From: Elusimicrobiota bacterium
GTDB taxonomy: Bacteria; Elusimicrobiota; Endomicrobiia; Endomicrobiales; JBDRNC01
Assembly (NCBI GenBank): GCA_043811535.1
Contig: JBDRNC010000034.1
Location: forward strand, 1-36,889
Direction: 5' to 3'
DNA length: 36,889 nt
The notes below the pieces were generated by a model. The model worked only from the letters and a program-made list of their open reading frames with translations, did no database searches and had not been told where the DNA came from. Below are positions 19,788-29,655 of this stretch, one piece after another. The number at the start of each line of letters is the position of its first letter. Within the stretch, counting starts at the first letter, position 1. The position numbers were made by a program, and so were the translations under genes.

Positions 19788-19808
19788 GGTTTTGCGGCCC
19801 TCCGTTTT

Positions 19809-19822
19809 AGTTACCGATAACA
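19809..19822. promoter_or_regulatory. Third LacI operator copy
   Basis: AGTTACCGATAACA, a 13/14 match, just upstream of the GH35 SD. Confidence 0.8.
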
Positions 19823-19862
19823 TCTGACCGCTTTATAGAAACCGGCGTACTGCCGGTTTCAT

Positions 19863-19996
19863 AAATTGTTAAATGGCTGATTAACTACATGGCCATATGG
19901 CTAAATTGCTAAATGGCTAATAAATTATAACACCATGGCTAAACTGCTGAACGGCTAAATGGTTAAAGTCTTTGGCAATTTAGCCGTATGACCATT
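19863..19996. repeat. Octamer element, long copy (core forward)
   Basis: 49-bp core TGGCTAAACTGCTGAACGGCTAAATGGTTAAAGTCTTTGGCAATTTAGC at 19936-19984. Confidence 0.9.
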
Positions 19997-20001
19997 ATTT
20001 G

Positions 20002-21066
20002 TTATTCCTCGGGTTTATCGGCAAACTTCACCGTGAGATATGAATTCTTTATCACGGCAAAACCGCTTGAATCTGAATTTGAACCGCCGCGCTTGTAGCT
20101 GTTCAGGTCCTTTTCCTGCAGGTTTTTCGGCGCGCCTGCAAGGTCGTAAAGGTACGGGCACGCCCCGGGAACCTTGTCATCCCCGTCGCCGCCGCCTCCG
20201 AGCCATTCCGTCTGCTCGGAAACCACTTTCCGCAGATAATCGCTTTCCTGCGTCCCTACGCCGATTATGAATTTCCATGTCTGCCCGGCGGGATTGCCTA
20301 TTATTTCAAGCGGAACCGAGACTTCCACGGCCGACCAGTTCGCGTCGTCGCACCTGAACCCCGGCGTATCGTCTTCCTTTCCCACCCGCTTGGCGATAAG
20401 CCTGTTCTTCGCGTTCCAGATATACGCCTTCCACGTGGAACTGAGCCCTATCACGTACTGGCACGCGAGCTCGGGCGCCGCCTTTATGTTCCCCATGCAG
20501 CCTTCCTCCGGATTCATGTCTTCCGGGTTGCCCTGGGCCAGCAGAGTAGTGAATTGCTCGGAACTGTTTTCCTTGTGTATACCGATCATCCTGTACGGAG
20601 CCCAGTAATCCCCGGGACGGCGGCATTTTATCATGAAATACAGATTCTTGCTGTCCCACGTGATGCGTATTTCCCTGATATCGGCGCAATTGGTAAAAGC
20701 CGCATTTGTCGGGTACGTGTACGAACCGGTGCCGTTATCGTCTCCCTGGGCGTCGCGCCAGATATACTCTCCCTGGTTAACTATCCAGGAATCATCCTGC
20801 GCCGGAAGGTCCCCGATCCAGTCCGAGATGCTCTTGTCCACCTTTATTGGATGGCCCGCCAGCGGCACCAGCCGTTTTGCCGGCGCCGCGGCCTTCTTTG
20901 TAACTGCCGGTTGATCGGATGTTTTCGCGTCCGCTTCCAGTTCGGCGGGCGTCAATGATTTTACCGGCTCCTCAACCATTTTCTTTTTTAGCGGCACCGC
21001 GTGAAGAGATACGGTTGATGCAATGAATACCGCGAGCATAATAAAAACAACATTTTTCATGAACAT
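20002..21066 (-). CDS. Secreted glucodextranase-type DOMON-like domain protein
   Basis: Signal peptide, WRDAQGDDNGTGSYTYPT, DIREIRIT and EWLGGGG motifs; SD GAGGAGG before ATG 21066. Paralogous to the GH2 C-terminus. Confidence 0.75.
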   Translation of the reverse strand: MFMKNVVFIMLAVFIASTVSLHAVPLKKKMVEEPVKSLTPAELEADAKTSDQPAVTKKAAAPAKRLVPLAGHPIKVDKSISDWIGDLPAQDDSWIVNQGEYIWRDAQGDDNGTGSYTYPTNAAFTNCADIREIRITWDSKNLYFMIKCRRPGDYWAPYRMIGIHKENSSEQFTTLLAQGNPEDMNPEEGCMGNIKAAPELACQYVIGLSSTWKAYIWNAKNRLIAKRVGKEDDTPGFRCDDANWSAVEVSVPLEIIGNPAGQTWKFIIGVGTQESDYLRKVVSEQTEWLGGGGDGDDKVPGACPYLYDLAGAPKNLQEKDLNSYKRGGSNSDSSGFAVIKNSYLTVKFADKPEE

Positions 21067-21088
21067 GATTTCCTCCTCTATTGACTGC

Positions 21089-21161
21089 ATGGCTAAATGG
21101 CTGTACGGCTAAATGGTTAAAAGCATTTCAGCCATTTGGCAATTTAGCCATTTGACCATTT
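21089..21161. repeat. Octamer element, short copy
   Basis: Four ATGGCT-like units face four AGCCATTT-like units. Confidence 0.85.
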
Positions 21162-21168
21162 ATATTTG

Positions 21169-24100
21169 CTATTCAAACGTAACTTCAATGAACGAATTCT
21201 TGATAACGGAAAAAGCCTTGTCGTTTCCCGGCTTTCCCTGCGGGTCGTAACCCGACAGGTCGGCGCTCTGCCCTTTGAAATCCGACCCGGCAAGATCATA
21301 GATGTCAGGATCGGCGCCCGCGACGTTTCCGGCCTCGCCTTCTCCGCCGCCCCCGTTCCACTCAGAAGGTATATCAGCCATTTCGCGCAGCATCTCTCCG
21401 TCCTGCGTGCCCATGCCGATGATGAATTTCCATGTCTGCCCCGCGGGATTGCCTATCACGCTGTACGGAACCGCGATCTCTATATTCTCCCAGTTTTCGT
21501 CGTCAACCATGAACTCCGGGGTATCCGAGGGGGAACTTTCTTTCTTCGCGACCAGCTCGCCTTTAGCGTTCCAGACGCGCCCCTTATAAGTGCCCGCAAC
21601 GCCGATTATATACTGGCAAGCCAGTTCGGGCGCCACTCTTATTTCGCCGTAGCATCCGCCATCCGGAGATACCTGATCAAGGCCGCCTTCCGCCAGCGTT
21701 TCCGTCGCGGGCTCATTGCTCCCTTCCTTGTGTATGCCTATAATCCTGTATGGCGCCCACCAGTCGCCCGGCCGTACGGCCTTTATGAGGAAATAAAGAC
21801 ATCTCTTGTCGCAGGTTATGCGCACCTCTTTTATGTCCGCGCAGGCTTTGAACGACGGCGAAAGCGGGTATGTGTAATTTCCGGGTCCGCTGTCGTCCCC
21901 TGTCATATCCGTCCAGATGAACTCCCCCTTGTCTATAACGGATGTATTGGGTTTCCTCTTGGCGCTGCCTATCCAGTCCAGGACGCTCTTGTCCACCTTG
22001 ACCGAGTGGCCCTCCAGCGGAACGGCTATCTCGAACGGTACTTTCCGCTCAAAAATCTTTCCGCCGGTTTCCTTCACGAGAACTGTCAGATCGTGGCGGC
22101 TGCCCGGTTTGAAATTTTGCGGTATTTTCCACGTCGTTTCATACCCGCCGCGCTTATCCGGCTTGATAAGAACAAATTCCTTCTTATCCACGGAATATGA
22201 TACGCCCGCTATCTCGCTTTTGTATTTCGGTTTCACGGCAATCCTGAGAACGCGGCTTGCCTTGCCGTTTACGGAAGGGGAAATGACGTTATGCCTGTTT
22301 GAAAATTCCAGTTTCACGGAGTCCTGCCCCAGCTGTTTCGCCTTGTCTTCCGCGACAACGGCGAATTCATGCTCGCCGTCCGGATATTCCGCGGAATCTA
22401 TGCTCCGGGCCGGGATTTTCTGCCCGTCGATATAATACGTTATCTTAGCCACGTCCGCGTCGGGAATTTCCACCGAAGGGGAAAATTCGCCCTGCACGAT
22501 ATCGCCGGCGGCGGGGGACTTTATCTTGACCGTCGGCGGAAGGTCCGTCACGTACTCTCCCTTGCCCGTAACCGCGAAAAGATGCAGCTTATCATCTTTG
22601 GGCGCGATAATGGATTTCAACACCTTCTTGCTGTCCGCCGGGATGCTCTGAAGATATATTCCCGCGCCGGGTTTTTTGAGCCCGTCCTTTTCAAGATGTT
22701 TCGGTGTGAAGAACGCCGTTTCCTCGCCGAACACCGGGACGCCGCGCCACCAGTCGGAAAAAGCCGCGGAGGCCTTCTCGCTCGTCCCGTCCGTGTATAC
22801 AAGCGTGAAAGAGTTCTTTTTCGCGGCGTTGTGCATCGCGCCCAGCATGTATATTTTTGTGTACCTGCCGTATTTTACCGGCAGCGTCTGGCCGTAACAC
22901 TCAAGATTGTTGCGCTGAAGAGGCTCTTTTTTCCCGAACCTGAATTTCACAGGGCCGTCTTTTGAGTTATAAATGAACTCGCTTCCCGAGCCGGGAAAGA
23001 TCTCGGTCGGGAAATCATATCCCGTGCCGTCGCCGAGGTCTTCCTTTGACGCTATCCAGTCGTGGTTGAACGGCAGGTCCACGTAAATTCCAGGCGTATT
23101 GTCAACCGTGACGCTTACGGACTTCTGCGTCCTGTTGCCGCCGGTATCGGAAGCCGTAACCTTTATCTGGCATGTTTTTCCGTTCTCAAGCTTTGCCGTG
23201 TCGATGAAAGCGGAATATACGCCTTCTCCTTCCGGTTTCATTTCCCGGGCCGCTTCTCCGCCTGCCGACAGGACGACGCCCGCAAGCCCGCGGTCGTCCT
23301 CCACAAGAGCCGTGACCCGGATCTTGCCCATTACAAAATCCTTATTCAGCGGAGAAAGCAGTTCCGCGGAAGGAGAGTCGTCGGTGTTATCCACTATCAC
23401 GTCCATTTGTTTCGATATCACCTGTCCGGCAGGGCCGACGCCTCTTATCTGCAGCAGGTGGTTCCCTTCGATTAATCCCGTCGTATTAAGAACGGCCGAA
23501 TACGTTCCCGGCTGCGGGTTCTTCATCCTGATGTATTCGCCTCGGTCCACGGAATACTTCATTTCTTTCGCCGGCGCTTCTTTGGGCGTTGAAACGGAAA
23601 TCTCCGCCTGTCCAGAGATTTTTTTTGCGGACGGCAGCCTGATATCTATATCCCACTGCCCGTTAAACAAGGCGTAATTTCTTTGGACTTCATAGTATGC
23701 GGGTTTCGCGTATTTCCTGTCCCATTTCATCACGCCCATGGTTTCAGGCTCGCTTATCATCGTATGCCAGTCGAACGCCGCCCACCAGACGGCGCCCGCG
23801 ACGGCGTCATGACTCCTTAAAGCCCTCATCGTTTCCCTGGCTATCCTGACCTGTTCCTGAGCGCTTGACATGTCCGCTTCCGACCATGAGCCATACTCAG
23901 TGACAATTATCGGCTTCATCGGGTATTTCTCGTGCATTTTCTCAAGGGCTTCAACGGTATCATCGTAAACATTCGTCTTGCCGTAAAACACGCCGTAATA
24001 CATCGTGAAGCCCAAAACGTCGCAGTCAACCTGCGTCTTGTCCGTGGGATCGCTCGCGACGGCTGACTGTCCTATCAGGCGCGTGCCGTCCACCATGTAG

Positions 24101-25656
24101 GATGCCTGTTTCAGCTGCTGTATGTAGAGTATCCTTTCCTTTTCCCACGAACATTCATTGCAGGTGCCGTGAAACATGACTGAAGGCCTGTTGTAGTCCT
24201 TGTATATCATTTCAAGGAACATCTGCCACGTGACTTTCCTGTCTTTGCGCATTATGTCAAAAGCCGGGCCGTCGAGCCAGAACGCGGGGATCTCTTCCCA
24301 TACCGCGAAACCCATGCGGTCCGTCAATATGTATGTCATCGCCGGATTCGGCCAGTGGCCGGTCCTTATGAAATCAACGTTTATGTCCTTCATTATCTTC
24401 AGGTCGCGGTACACGAACTTGGATTGTTCCAGATCCATTTCGGCTTCGCCCGGGAAAACCTCCGTGCGCGACATGCCGCGCAGGAAGACCGGCTCCCGGT
24501 TGATCAAAACCTTGCACTCCCTGCCGTCCACCTTTATCTCCCTTACTCCGAACTGGGTGTAGAACCTGTCGGAAACGCCTTTTCCTTCAAGTGAAACTTC
24601 CAGCACGTAAAGCTTCGGGTTTTCAGGCGACCAGAATTCAAACGAATCTAAAACGAGTTCCGCCGCCTGCGCAAGGACCTTATCCCTGCCCAATCCGACA
24701 TCATACTCGGACTGGCCGGAGAATTTCAGCGGTTTGGCGAAATCGGCGATTCCCTTGGCGCAGGGGGAAAGAATGTTTTCCGGAGTTATTTTTGTTTCGA
24801 ATATTTTTACCGTCAGTTTCGCGTCCGCCTTTTCGCCGTTCCTGTTGAATATCACAACGTTTACCTGCGCCGCGGCCGATTTTTTTCCGGTTATCTGCGT
24901 CTTGACGTCCGCGCGGGCTATCGATACCGCGGGCGCTATCTCCAGATATACCCCGCGCAGGATACCTGTATAGTTCCACCAGTCGCACGTCACGTACGGA
25001 ACTATGTTCTTGTCGTTCGCCTTAAGTCCTTTATCTTCCTGCCCCATCGGAAGCCACGGGATATTGTCCACGCGCGCGGCTATTATGTTCTTGCCGCCGT
25101 AATTAAGAAAATCTGTCGCGTCAAACGCGAACGGCGTGTAGCCGCCCTCGTGCGTGCCGGCCCACTTGCCGTTTATCCATACGTCCGTCACGTAATTCGC
25201 GCCCTCAAACACCAGTTTTACAAGTTTGCCCCTGGCGGAGACGGGAACCTCAAACTGCCTGCGGTACCATACCCCGCCCTGGTACCTGTCGGGAACCGGA
25301 TTCTCAACGCCGGGCACAACATGCGTTTCCCACTGCACGTCATTGAAACCGGCCGTGTGCCGCCCTCCGCTTTCCCTTTCAAGCTCGGAAATAACCGAAG
25401 AAACCCTCGCGCGCAGGCTGAGCCGGTGGTCGGCTTCCGCGCGCTGCTTTTTCCACTTTCCGGCAAGGTCAATGTATTCCCTGTCCTGCTTTTCAAACGA
25501 AGGCAGCGGCATCCCGCTCTGGAACGGCACAATGCTGTCGCCGGCTTTGAGGATATCAAGAGTTATGGAAAGCTGGTGAGCGGATTCCGCTGAAAAGCAT
25601 TCGCACGCGAGAGAAAACAGAAGCGCGGTGATAAGGAATGTTTCTTTGATTTTCAT
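21169..25656 (-). CDS. Secreted multidomain GH2 with Ig-like domains and a C-terminal DOMON-like domain
   Basis: WYRRQF, HEGGYTPF, WSPENPKLY, RTGHWP, WEEIP, NRPSV, CNE (acid/base) and TEYG (nucleophile). Several Ig repeats follow, then GDDSGPGNYTYP. Confidence 0.9.
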   Translation of the reverse strand: MKIKETFLITALLFSLACECFSAESAHQLSITLDILKAGDSIVPFQSGMPLPSFEKQDREYIDLAGKWKKQRAEADHRLSLRARVSSVISELERESGGRHTAGFNDVQWETHVVPGVENPVPDRYQGGVWYRRQFEVPVSARGKLVKLVFEGANYVTDVWINGKWAGTHEGGYTPFAFDATDFLNYGGKNIIAARVDNIPWLPMGQEDKGLKANDKNIVPYVTCDWWNYTGILRGVYLEIAPAVSIARADVKTQITGKKSAAAQVNVVIFNRNGEKADAKLTVKIFETKITPENILSPCAKGIADFAKPLKFSGQSEYDVGLGRDKVLAQAAELVLDSFEFWSPENPKLYVLEVSLEGKGVSDRFYTQFGVREIKVDGRECKVLINREPVFLRGMSRTEVFPGEAEMDLEQSKFVYRDLKIMKDINVDFIRTGHWPNPAMTYILTDRMGFAVWEEIPAFWLDGPAFDIMRKDRKVTWQMFLEMIYKDYNRPSVMFHGTCNECSWEKERILYIQQLKQASYMVDGTRLIGQSAVASDPTDKTQVDCDVLGFTMYYGVFYGKTNVYDDTVEALEKMHEKYPMKPIIVTEYGSWSEADMSSAQEQVRIARETMRALRSHDAVAGAVWWAAFDWHTMISEPETMGVMKWDRKYAKPAYYEVQRNYALFNGQWDIDIRLPSAKKISGQAEISVSTPKEAPAKEMKYSVDRGEYIRMKNPQPGTYSAVLNTTGLIEGNHLLQIRGVGPAGQVISKQMDVIVDNTDDSPSAELLSPLNKDFVMGKIRVTALVEDDRGLAGVVLSAGGEAAREMKPEGEGVYSAFIDTAKLENGKTCQIKVTASDTGGNRTQKSVSVTVDNTPGIYVDLPFNHDWIASKEDLGDGTGYDFPTEIFPGSGSEFIYNSKDGPVKFRFGKKEPLQRNNLECYGQTLPVKYGRYTKIYMLGAMHNAAKKNSFTLVYTDGTSEKASAAFSDWWRGVPVFGEETAFFTPKHLEKDGLKKPGAGIYLQSIPADSKKVLKSIIAPKDDKLHLFAVTGKGEYVTDLPPTVKIKSPAAGDIVQGEFSPSVEIPDADVAKITYYIDGQKIPARSIDSAEYPDGEHEFAVVAEDKAKQLGQDSVKLEFSNRHNVISPSVNGKASRVLRIAVKPKYKSEIAGVSYSVDKKEFVLIKPDKRGGYETTWKIPQNFKPGSRHDLTVLVKETGGKIFERKVPFEIAVPLEGHSVKVDKSVLDWIGSAKRKPNTSVIDKGEFIWTDMTGDDSGPGNYTYPLSPSFKACADIKEVRITCDKRCLYFLIKAVRPGDWWAPYRIIGIHKEGSNEPATETLAEGGLDQVSPDGGCYGEIRVAPELACQYIIGVAGTYKGRVWNAKGELVAKKESSPSDTPEFMVDDENWENIEIAVPYSVIGNPAGQTWKFIIGMGTQDGEMLREMADIPSEWNGGGGEGEAGNVAGADPDIYDLAGSDFKGQSADLSGYDPQGKPGNDKAFSVIKNSFIEVTFE

Positions 25657-25660
25657 GACA

Positions 25661-27301
25661 TTATTTGAATTTTATCCAGTCTATATTAAATTCTCCGCTG
25701 ATTACGTAAAATCTTATTTTGTGCCTTCCCTTCGGTATCACAACGCCTTTTTTCACAATCGTTGTCCAGGTGCTCCAGACGCCGGTATTTGCCGCGCTGA
25801 TCAGCCCGCTCACGTCTTTGCCTTCGATTTCCAGCCTGAATTTTCCGCTGCTGTTCGGGCTCGCGACGCGGAATTCAACGTCGTACGCTTTCCGGGACGG
25901 ACTATTCACTTCATACTCCAGCCATTCGCCGTCAGATATCCATCCGACGCTGTAACCAACCTGTTGTATATCGACTCCCTCCAGCGGGCGGTATTTTTCG
26001 CCTTTGTTTTCCTTGTCGCTGTCGTGGTACGATACGCCCTCTCCGCCGTGCCCGAAATCCTCGGCTTCAATGACCGCGGGAATTGTCTTCATCAGGCTGC
26101 TCACCACTTCGCCGTTCTTCGCGCATTTCTCATATCGAATGCTTTCAAGGAAGCCTTTCAGCGCTTTCATGGATTCCTCTTTCCCGGGCACTTCTTCGCC
26201 TTTCGTATATTCGATTATTTTGTCAAATCCCTCCGGCATTTTTATCGAGCATGGGCAGTTTGCCTTCTCAAGTTTTTTCCAGGGCCAGAAACACCAGCTT
26301 ATCCCGTTGGCCTCAAGCAGTTCCGTGCAGGAATAATACCACTGGTTGTCGTTCTCGCCGGTCTCTCCGCACCACAACGGCACGTTTTGCGCTTCGGAGA
26401 GTTCCAGATATTTACTGATGGAATCTGCGTCGGTTTCGTTCCAGTACTTGTGGAAACTGTATACCATGTTGTCGTCTATCGGCGTGTCAAACATTGAGAA
26501 GTTCGTTGCCCACTTCGCGCCTTCGATGAAAAGGATGTGGTTCCCGTCAACACTCCTGACGGCCGCAACAAGGGCCTTATACATGGGCAGCAGGTCGCCG
26601 ACGTACTGGTCCGCGTTTTTTGAAACCGGCTCGTTCAGCAGATCATATCCCGCTATTATCTCGCAGTCCTTATAATGTTCGGCTATGCTCCCCCATATTC
26701 TGACGGTTTCCTGTTTCTTCGCTTCGTCCGGCCACATGCCGGGCTTTTCCTCAACGCTGTCGTCTATGTTTGAGCCGGTCTGCCCGCCCGGCGCGCAGTG
26801 CATGTCCAGAATCACGTACACACCGTATTTTTTGCACCAACGCACGAGGTCGTCTATCAGTCCGAAGCCCTCCGTCCCGTCCTTCCCGCCCGCAAAAAAC
26901 GAGTAGTGGAACGGGACCCTTACGCTGTTGAATCCGTAACCGGCTATCGCCCTAATGTCGGATTCGGTTATAAACCTTTCCCTGAACTCCGTCCAGAACT
27001 TCGCCGATTCCTCTTCGCCGACAAGCGTTTTCGTCAGGCCGTAAATCCTTGTCGGGCTGTTGAATTTGCCTTCAAACTCGAAAATATAACCTTCGGGCAC
27101 CATCCAGTTTGCGAGGTTTATCCCGCGCAGTATGACCGCGTTCCCTTTTCCGTCAACGATTTGCCTGCCGCTGGCCTTCAAAAATCCCTTTGTCTTCAAA
27201 CTGTCCTTGGTCATCCTTTCCGCTCCGCCGGCATTCGCCGTATAGATACCATTAAACATAATCAGCAAGAAAAGAAGATAAATTATTATTTTGGTTTTCA
27301 T
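25661..27301 (-). CDS. Secreted GH5 with C-terminal CBM6
   Basis: NLANWMVPEGY, LDMHCAPGGQ, YDLLNEP, YSFHKY and WCGETG motifs; IEAEDF, GEWLEY, NTG.W..W and FNIDW for CBM6. Confidence 0.92.
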   Translation of the reverse strand: MKTKIIIYLLFLLIMFNGIYTANAGGAERMTKDSLKTKGFLKASGRQIVDGKGNAVILRGINLANWMVPEGYIFEFEGKFNSPTRIYGLTKTLVGEEESAKFWTEFRERFITESDIRAIAGYGFNSVRVPFHYSFFAGGKDGTEGFGLIDDLVRWCKKYGVYVILDMHCAPGGQTGSNIDDSVEEKPGMWPDEAKKQETVRIWGSIAEHYKDCEIIAGYDLLNEPVSKNADQYVGDLLPMYKALVAAVRSVDGNHILFIEGAKWATNFSMFDTPIDDNMVYSFHKYWNETDADSISKYLELSEAQNVPLWCGETGENDNQWYYSCTELLEANGISWCFWPWKKLEKANCPCSIKMPEGFDKIIEYTKGEEVPGKEESMKALKGFLESIRYEKCAKNGEVVSSLMKTIPAVIEAEDFGHGGEGVSYHDSDKENKGEKYRPLEGVDIQQVGYSVGWISDGEWLEYEVNSPSRKAYDVEFRVASPNSSGKFRLEIEGKDVSGLISAANTGVWSTWTTIVKKGVVIPKGRHKIRFYVISGEFNIDWIKFK

Positions 27302-27309
27302 GGGATAAT

Positions 27310-27443
27310 AAATGGCTGGATGGTTAAATGGCTAATATATTATAACGTCATGGCTAAACTGCTGAACGGCTAAATGGTTAAAGTCTTTGGCAATTTAGCA
27401 ATTAAACCATATGGCCATGTAGTTAATCAACAATTTAGCCATT
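27310..27443. repeat. Octamer element, long copy (core forward)
   Basis: Identical 49-bp core at 27351-27399. Confidence 0.9.
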
Positions 27444-27450
27444 GTCGTTA

Positions 27451-29481
27451 TTAAAAGTCCAGTCTTATTTCAATTTGTATGCGGTCGTCGTCGTAAGGCT
27501 CGCCTTTCGGCGCGTCGCTCGCGTTGGTATACTGCGTGTAAATGTATTCCGCGGACAGGAACGCGTTTGACGTGAGGTTATTTTCCGCCTTTATGGAAAT
27601 GGAGTGGTTCGCTATCTTCTTGTCCAGACCCCTGTCCCACCCTTTCCAAACCGAGTACTTGGAATTCATCCGGCTGGTCTGCGAGAACTGGTAAGACAGA
27701 TAGAGCTCGTTTATGTAAACCTCGTAATTGCGGTACGTGCTGAAGTTGTAGCGCGTTTCAGCGTGATAATTCTTGTCGTCAAGGTATTCCCGCGAAAACG
27801 ACGTCTCGAGGCCCCTGTAGGGCTTGTTTGACACGCCGAACCTTTTTGAATGCTTGTAGTACTGGTCGTCCGCTTTTCTTTTGATGTCGACCATGAGGCC
27901 CGACAGCACGAATCCCAGCGGGATATCCTGCGCGAAATAGAAGCTGTTCCCTTTCTGGTTGCCCCAGTCGTTATCATAGTTCGTCCGGTCCGCGCGCCAG
28001 CGCGGTATGTATTTTTCTCCGATATCGCGGTATTCATAATGGATGCTCGTGCCTGTTCCCGGAGGATATATCTCGGCCCTGCCTATCTTGAGAAAGTCCG
28101 TCTCGGTAATCTTGGCCGAGTTGGGCCTGGCGCCGGTATAAACCGGATTGAGCGGGTCCGTCATGTCCGCGTAGGCGTCGCTGCGGTAAGTATCCGCCCC
28201 GTACACGCCTTTCAGCACGAACAGGTTCCCGAACTTGCGCATTATTTCATAATAGAAAACCGAGTCGTCCGAAATCTTGGCGGTCGTCAGGTTTTCCGGG
28301 CCTGTAGTGACTGTGCTCGCGTCGGTAAGCCCGGTCGCTTTCTTCGCCATCTGATTTGAATGGACCAGCATGCCGCGCTGTTCAAAACCCATCCATTTAA
28401 GGTTAAACCGCGTGCCGTATGTAAAGGAATTATACCTGTGTTTGATGATAAACCCGTGGTAATCAAAGGTCCTGGCGGCCGAACCCATTTTCCCTTCCGC
28501 CTGGACTCCCTGATAACCCCATACCGGAGTGTAGACGTATGGCCCGTAATCAATCCAGAGGTTCCCTATCTGTAGCGATGTCAGGTGAGGCAGATCGGTG
28601 GCGGTTATCGTGAAATTAGGGATGCCCACGCCCTGCAGGTTCTGAGAACTGTTTCCGGCGCTGTCTTCATACACGGTCACGCCCTGGCCGTATTCCTGGA
28701 ACGTCGGCGAAAGCTCGACGTACGCGCTGTAATTCTGGGCCTGTCCCGAAAATTTAATATTGAACTCGTTGAACCACTCGTCGCTGGCTTCCGGCGTGCT
28801 GCGGAATTTTGACTTCGCCGTAAGGTTCGTGCCTATTTTCACCCTGCCTTTCGGCAGTCCCGTTTTCGGTTTCGCGCGCTGGGGAAGGTCGGGCCCGGCG
28901 CCTACAAGGTCGTCAAGCAGTATTATGCCGCTGACGGCTTCGGGCGTCCTGCCTTTTATCACAAATCCTATAATGCGGATGTTGCTGACGTCTATCGCGC
29001 GGTTCCCGATGTTTCCGGCCGTGGTAAGGATGAAACTTTCGAGCGGCACGGCAAACTCGTTCCAGGTGTCGGTCAGCAGTATATTATGGTCTTCGTACTC
29101 GTATATTTCTTCATCGTCGTCAACGATATACATCTTGAAAATATTGCCCGACGCGTCGCCCTTTACCCACATCCTGACTTCCAGGAAATTGTCCCAGTTG
29201 GTGTCCGAAGGTTCCTTTTTAATTTCAACCTGCGAGGGCACGCTGCGGCTGGTTTTGAGCGAGTAATTTATCTGAAGGGCGCCCGCGTCCACTTTCGCCT
29301 TGTGCGAGACGTAGAGGTCTATGCTTGAAGAATCCAGCGCCCTTACCTGGAATATCCCGTAAGGATTATTCGCTTCAAAGTCCTCTATTACGCGTACGCC
29401 GAACGAAGACTCTTCCGCAAAACCGGAGACAGACGCGGCAAAAAGTGCTGCGATGGTCAGAGATAATATTTTTTTAATCAT
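27451..29481 (-). CDS. Putative outer-membrane beta-barrel with an N-terminal CBM11/CIA30-like domain
   Basis: Signal peptide; IEDFE, MWVKGD, WNEFAVPL and LDDL in the CBM. A Pro/Lys linker precedes amphipathic aromatic strands ending QIEIRLDF. Confidence 0.65.
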   Translation of the reverse strand: MIKKILSLTIAALFAASVSGFAEESSFGVRVIEDFEANNPYGIFQVRALDSSSIDLYVSHKAKVDAGALQINYSLKTSRSVPSQVEIKKEPSDTNWDNFLEVRMWVKGDASGNIFKMYIVDDDEEIYEYEDHNILLTDTWNEFAVPLESFILTTAGNIGNRAIDVSNIRIIGFVIKGRTPEAVSGIILLDDLVGAGPDLPQRAKPKTGLPKGRVKIGTNLTAKSKFRSTPEASDEWFNEFNIKFSGQAQNYSAYVELSPTFQEYGQGVTVYEDSAGNSSQNLQGVGIPNFTITATDLPHLTSLQIGNLWIDYGPYVYTPVWGYQGVQAEGKMGSAARTFDYHGFIIKHRYNSFTYGTRFNLKWMGFEQRGMLVHSNQMAKKATGLTDASTVTTGPENLTTAKISDDSVFYYEIMRKFGNLFVLKGVYGADTYRSDAYADMTDPLNPVYTGARPNSAKITETDFLKIGRAEIYPPGTGTSIHYEYRDIGEKYIPRWRADRTNYDNDWGNQKGNSFYFAQDIPLGFVLSGLMVDIKRKADDQYYKHSKRFGVSNKPYRGLETSFSREYLDDKNYHAETRYNFSTYRNYEVYINELYLSYQFSQTSRMNSKYSVWKGWDRGLDKKIANHSISIKAENNLTSNAFLSAEYIYTQYTNASDAPKGEPYDDDRIQIEIRLDF

Positions 29482-29495
29482 AGTTTAAATATAAT

Positions 29496-29651
29496 AAATG
29501 GCTAAATGGTTCAATGGATAAATGGCTGATTAACTACATGGCCATATGGCTTAATTGCTAAATTGCCAAAGACTTTAACCATTTAGCCGTTCAGCAGTTT
29601 AGCCAAGGTGTTATTATTTATTAGCCATTTGACAATTTAACCGTTTAGCAA
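29496..29651. repeat. Octamer element, long copy (core reversed)
   Basis: Exact reverse complement of the 49-bp core at 29557-29605. Confidence 0.9.
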
Positions 29652-29655
29652 TATT

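Noticed and set aside
21166..26497. Long plus-strand ORFs (344 aa, 289 aa and others) opposite GH2 and GH5
   Set aside because: Antisense shadows of well-supported genes with no domain features; the same applies to the other nested ORFs in the track.
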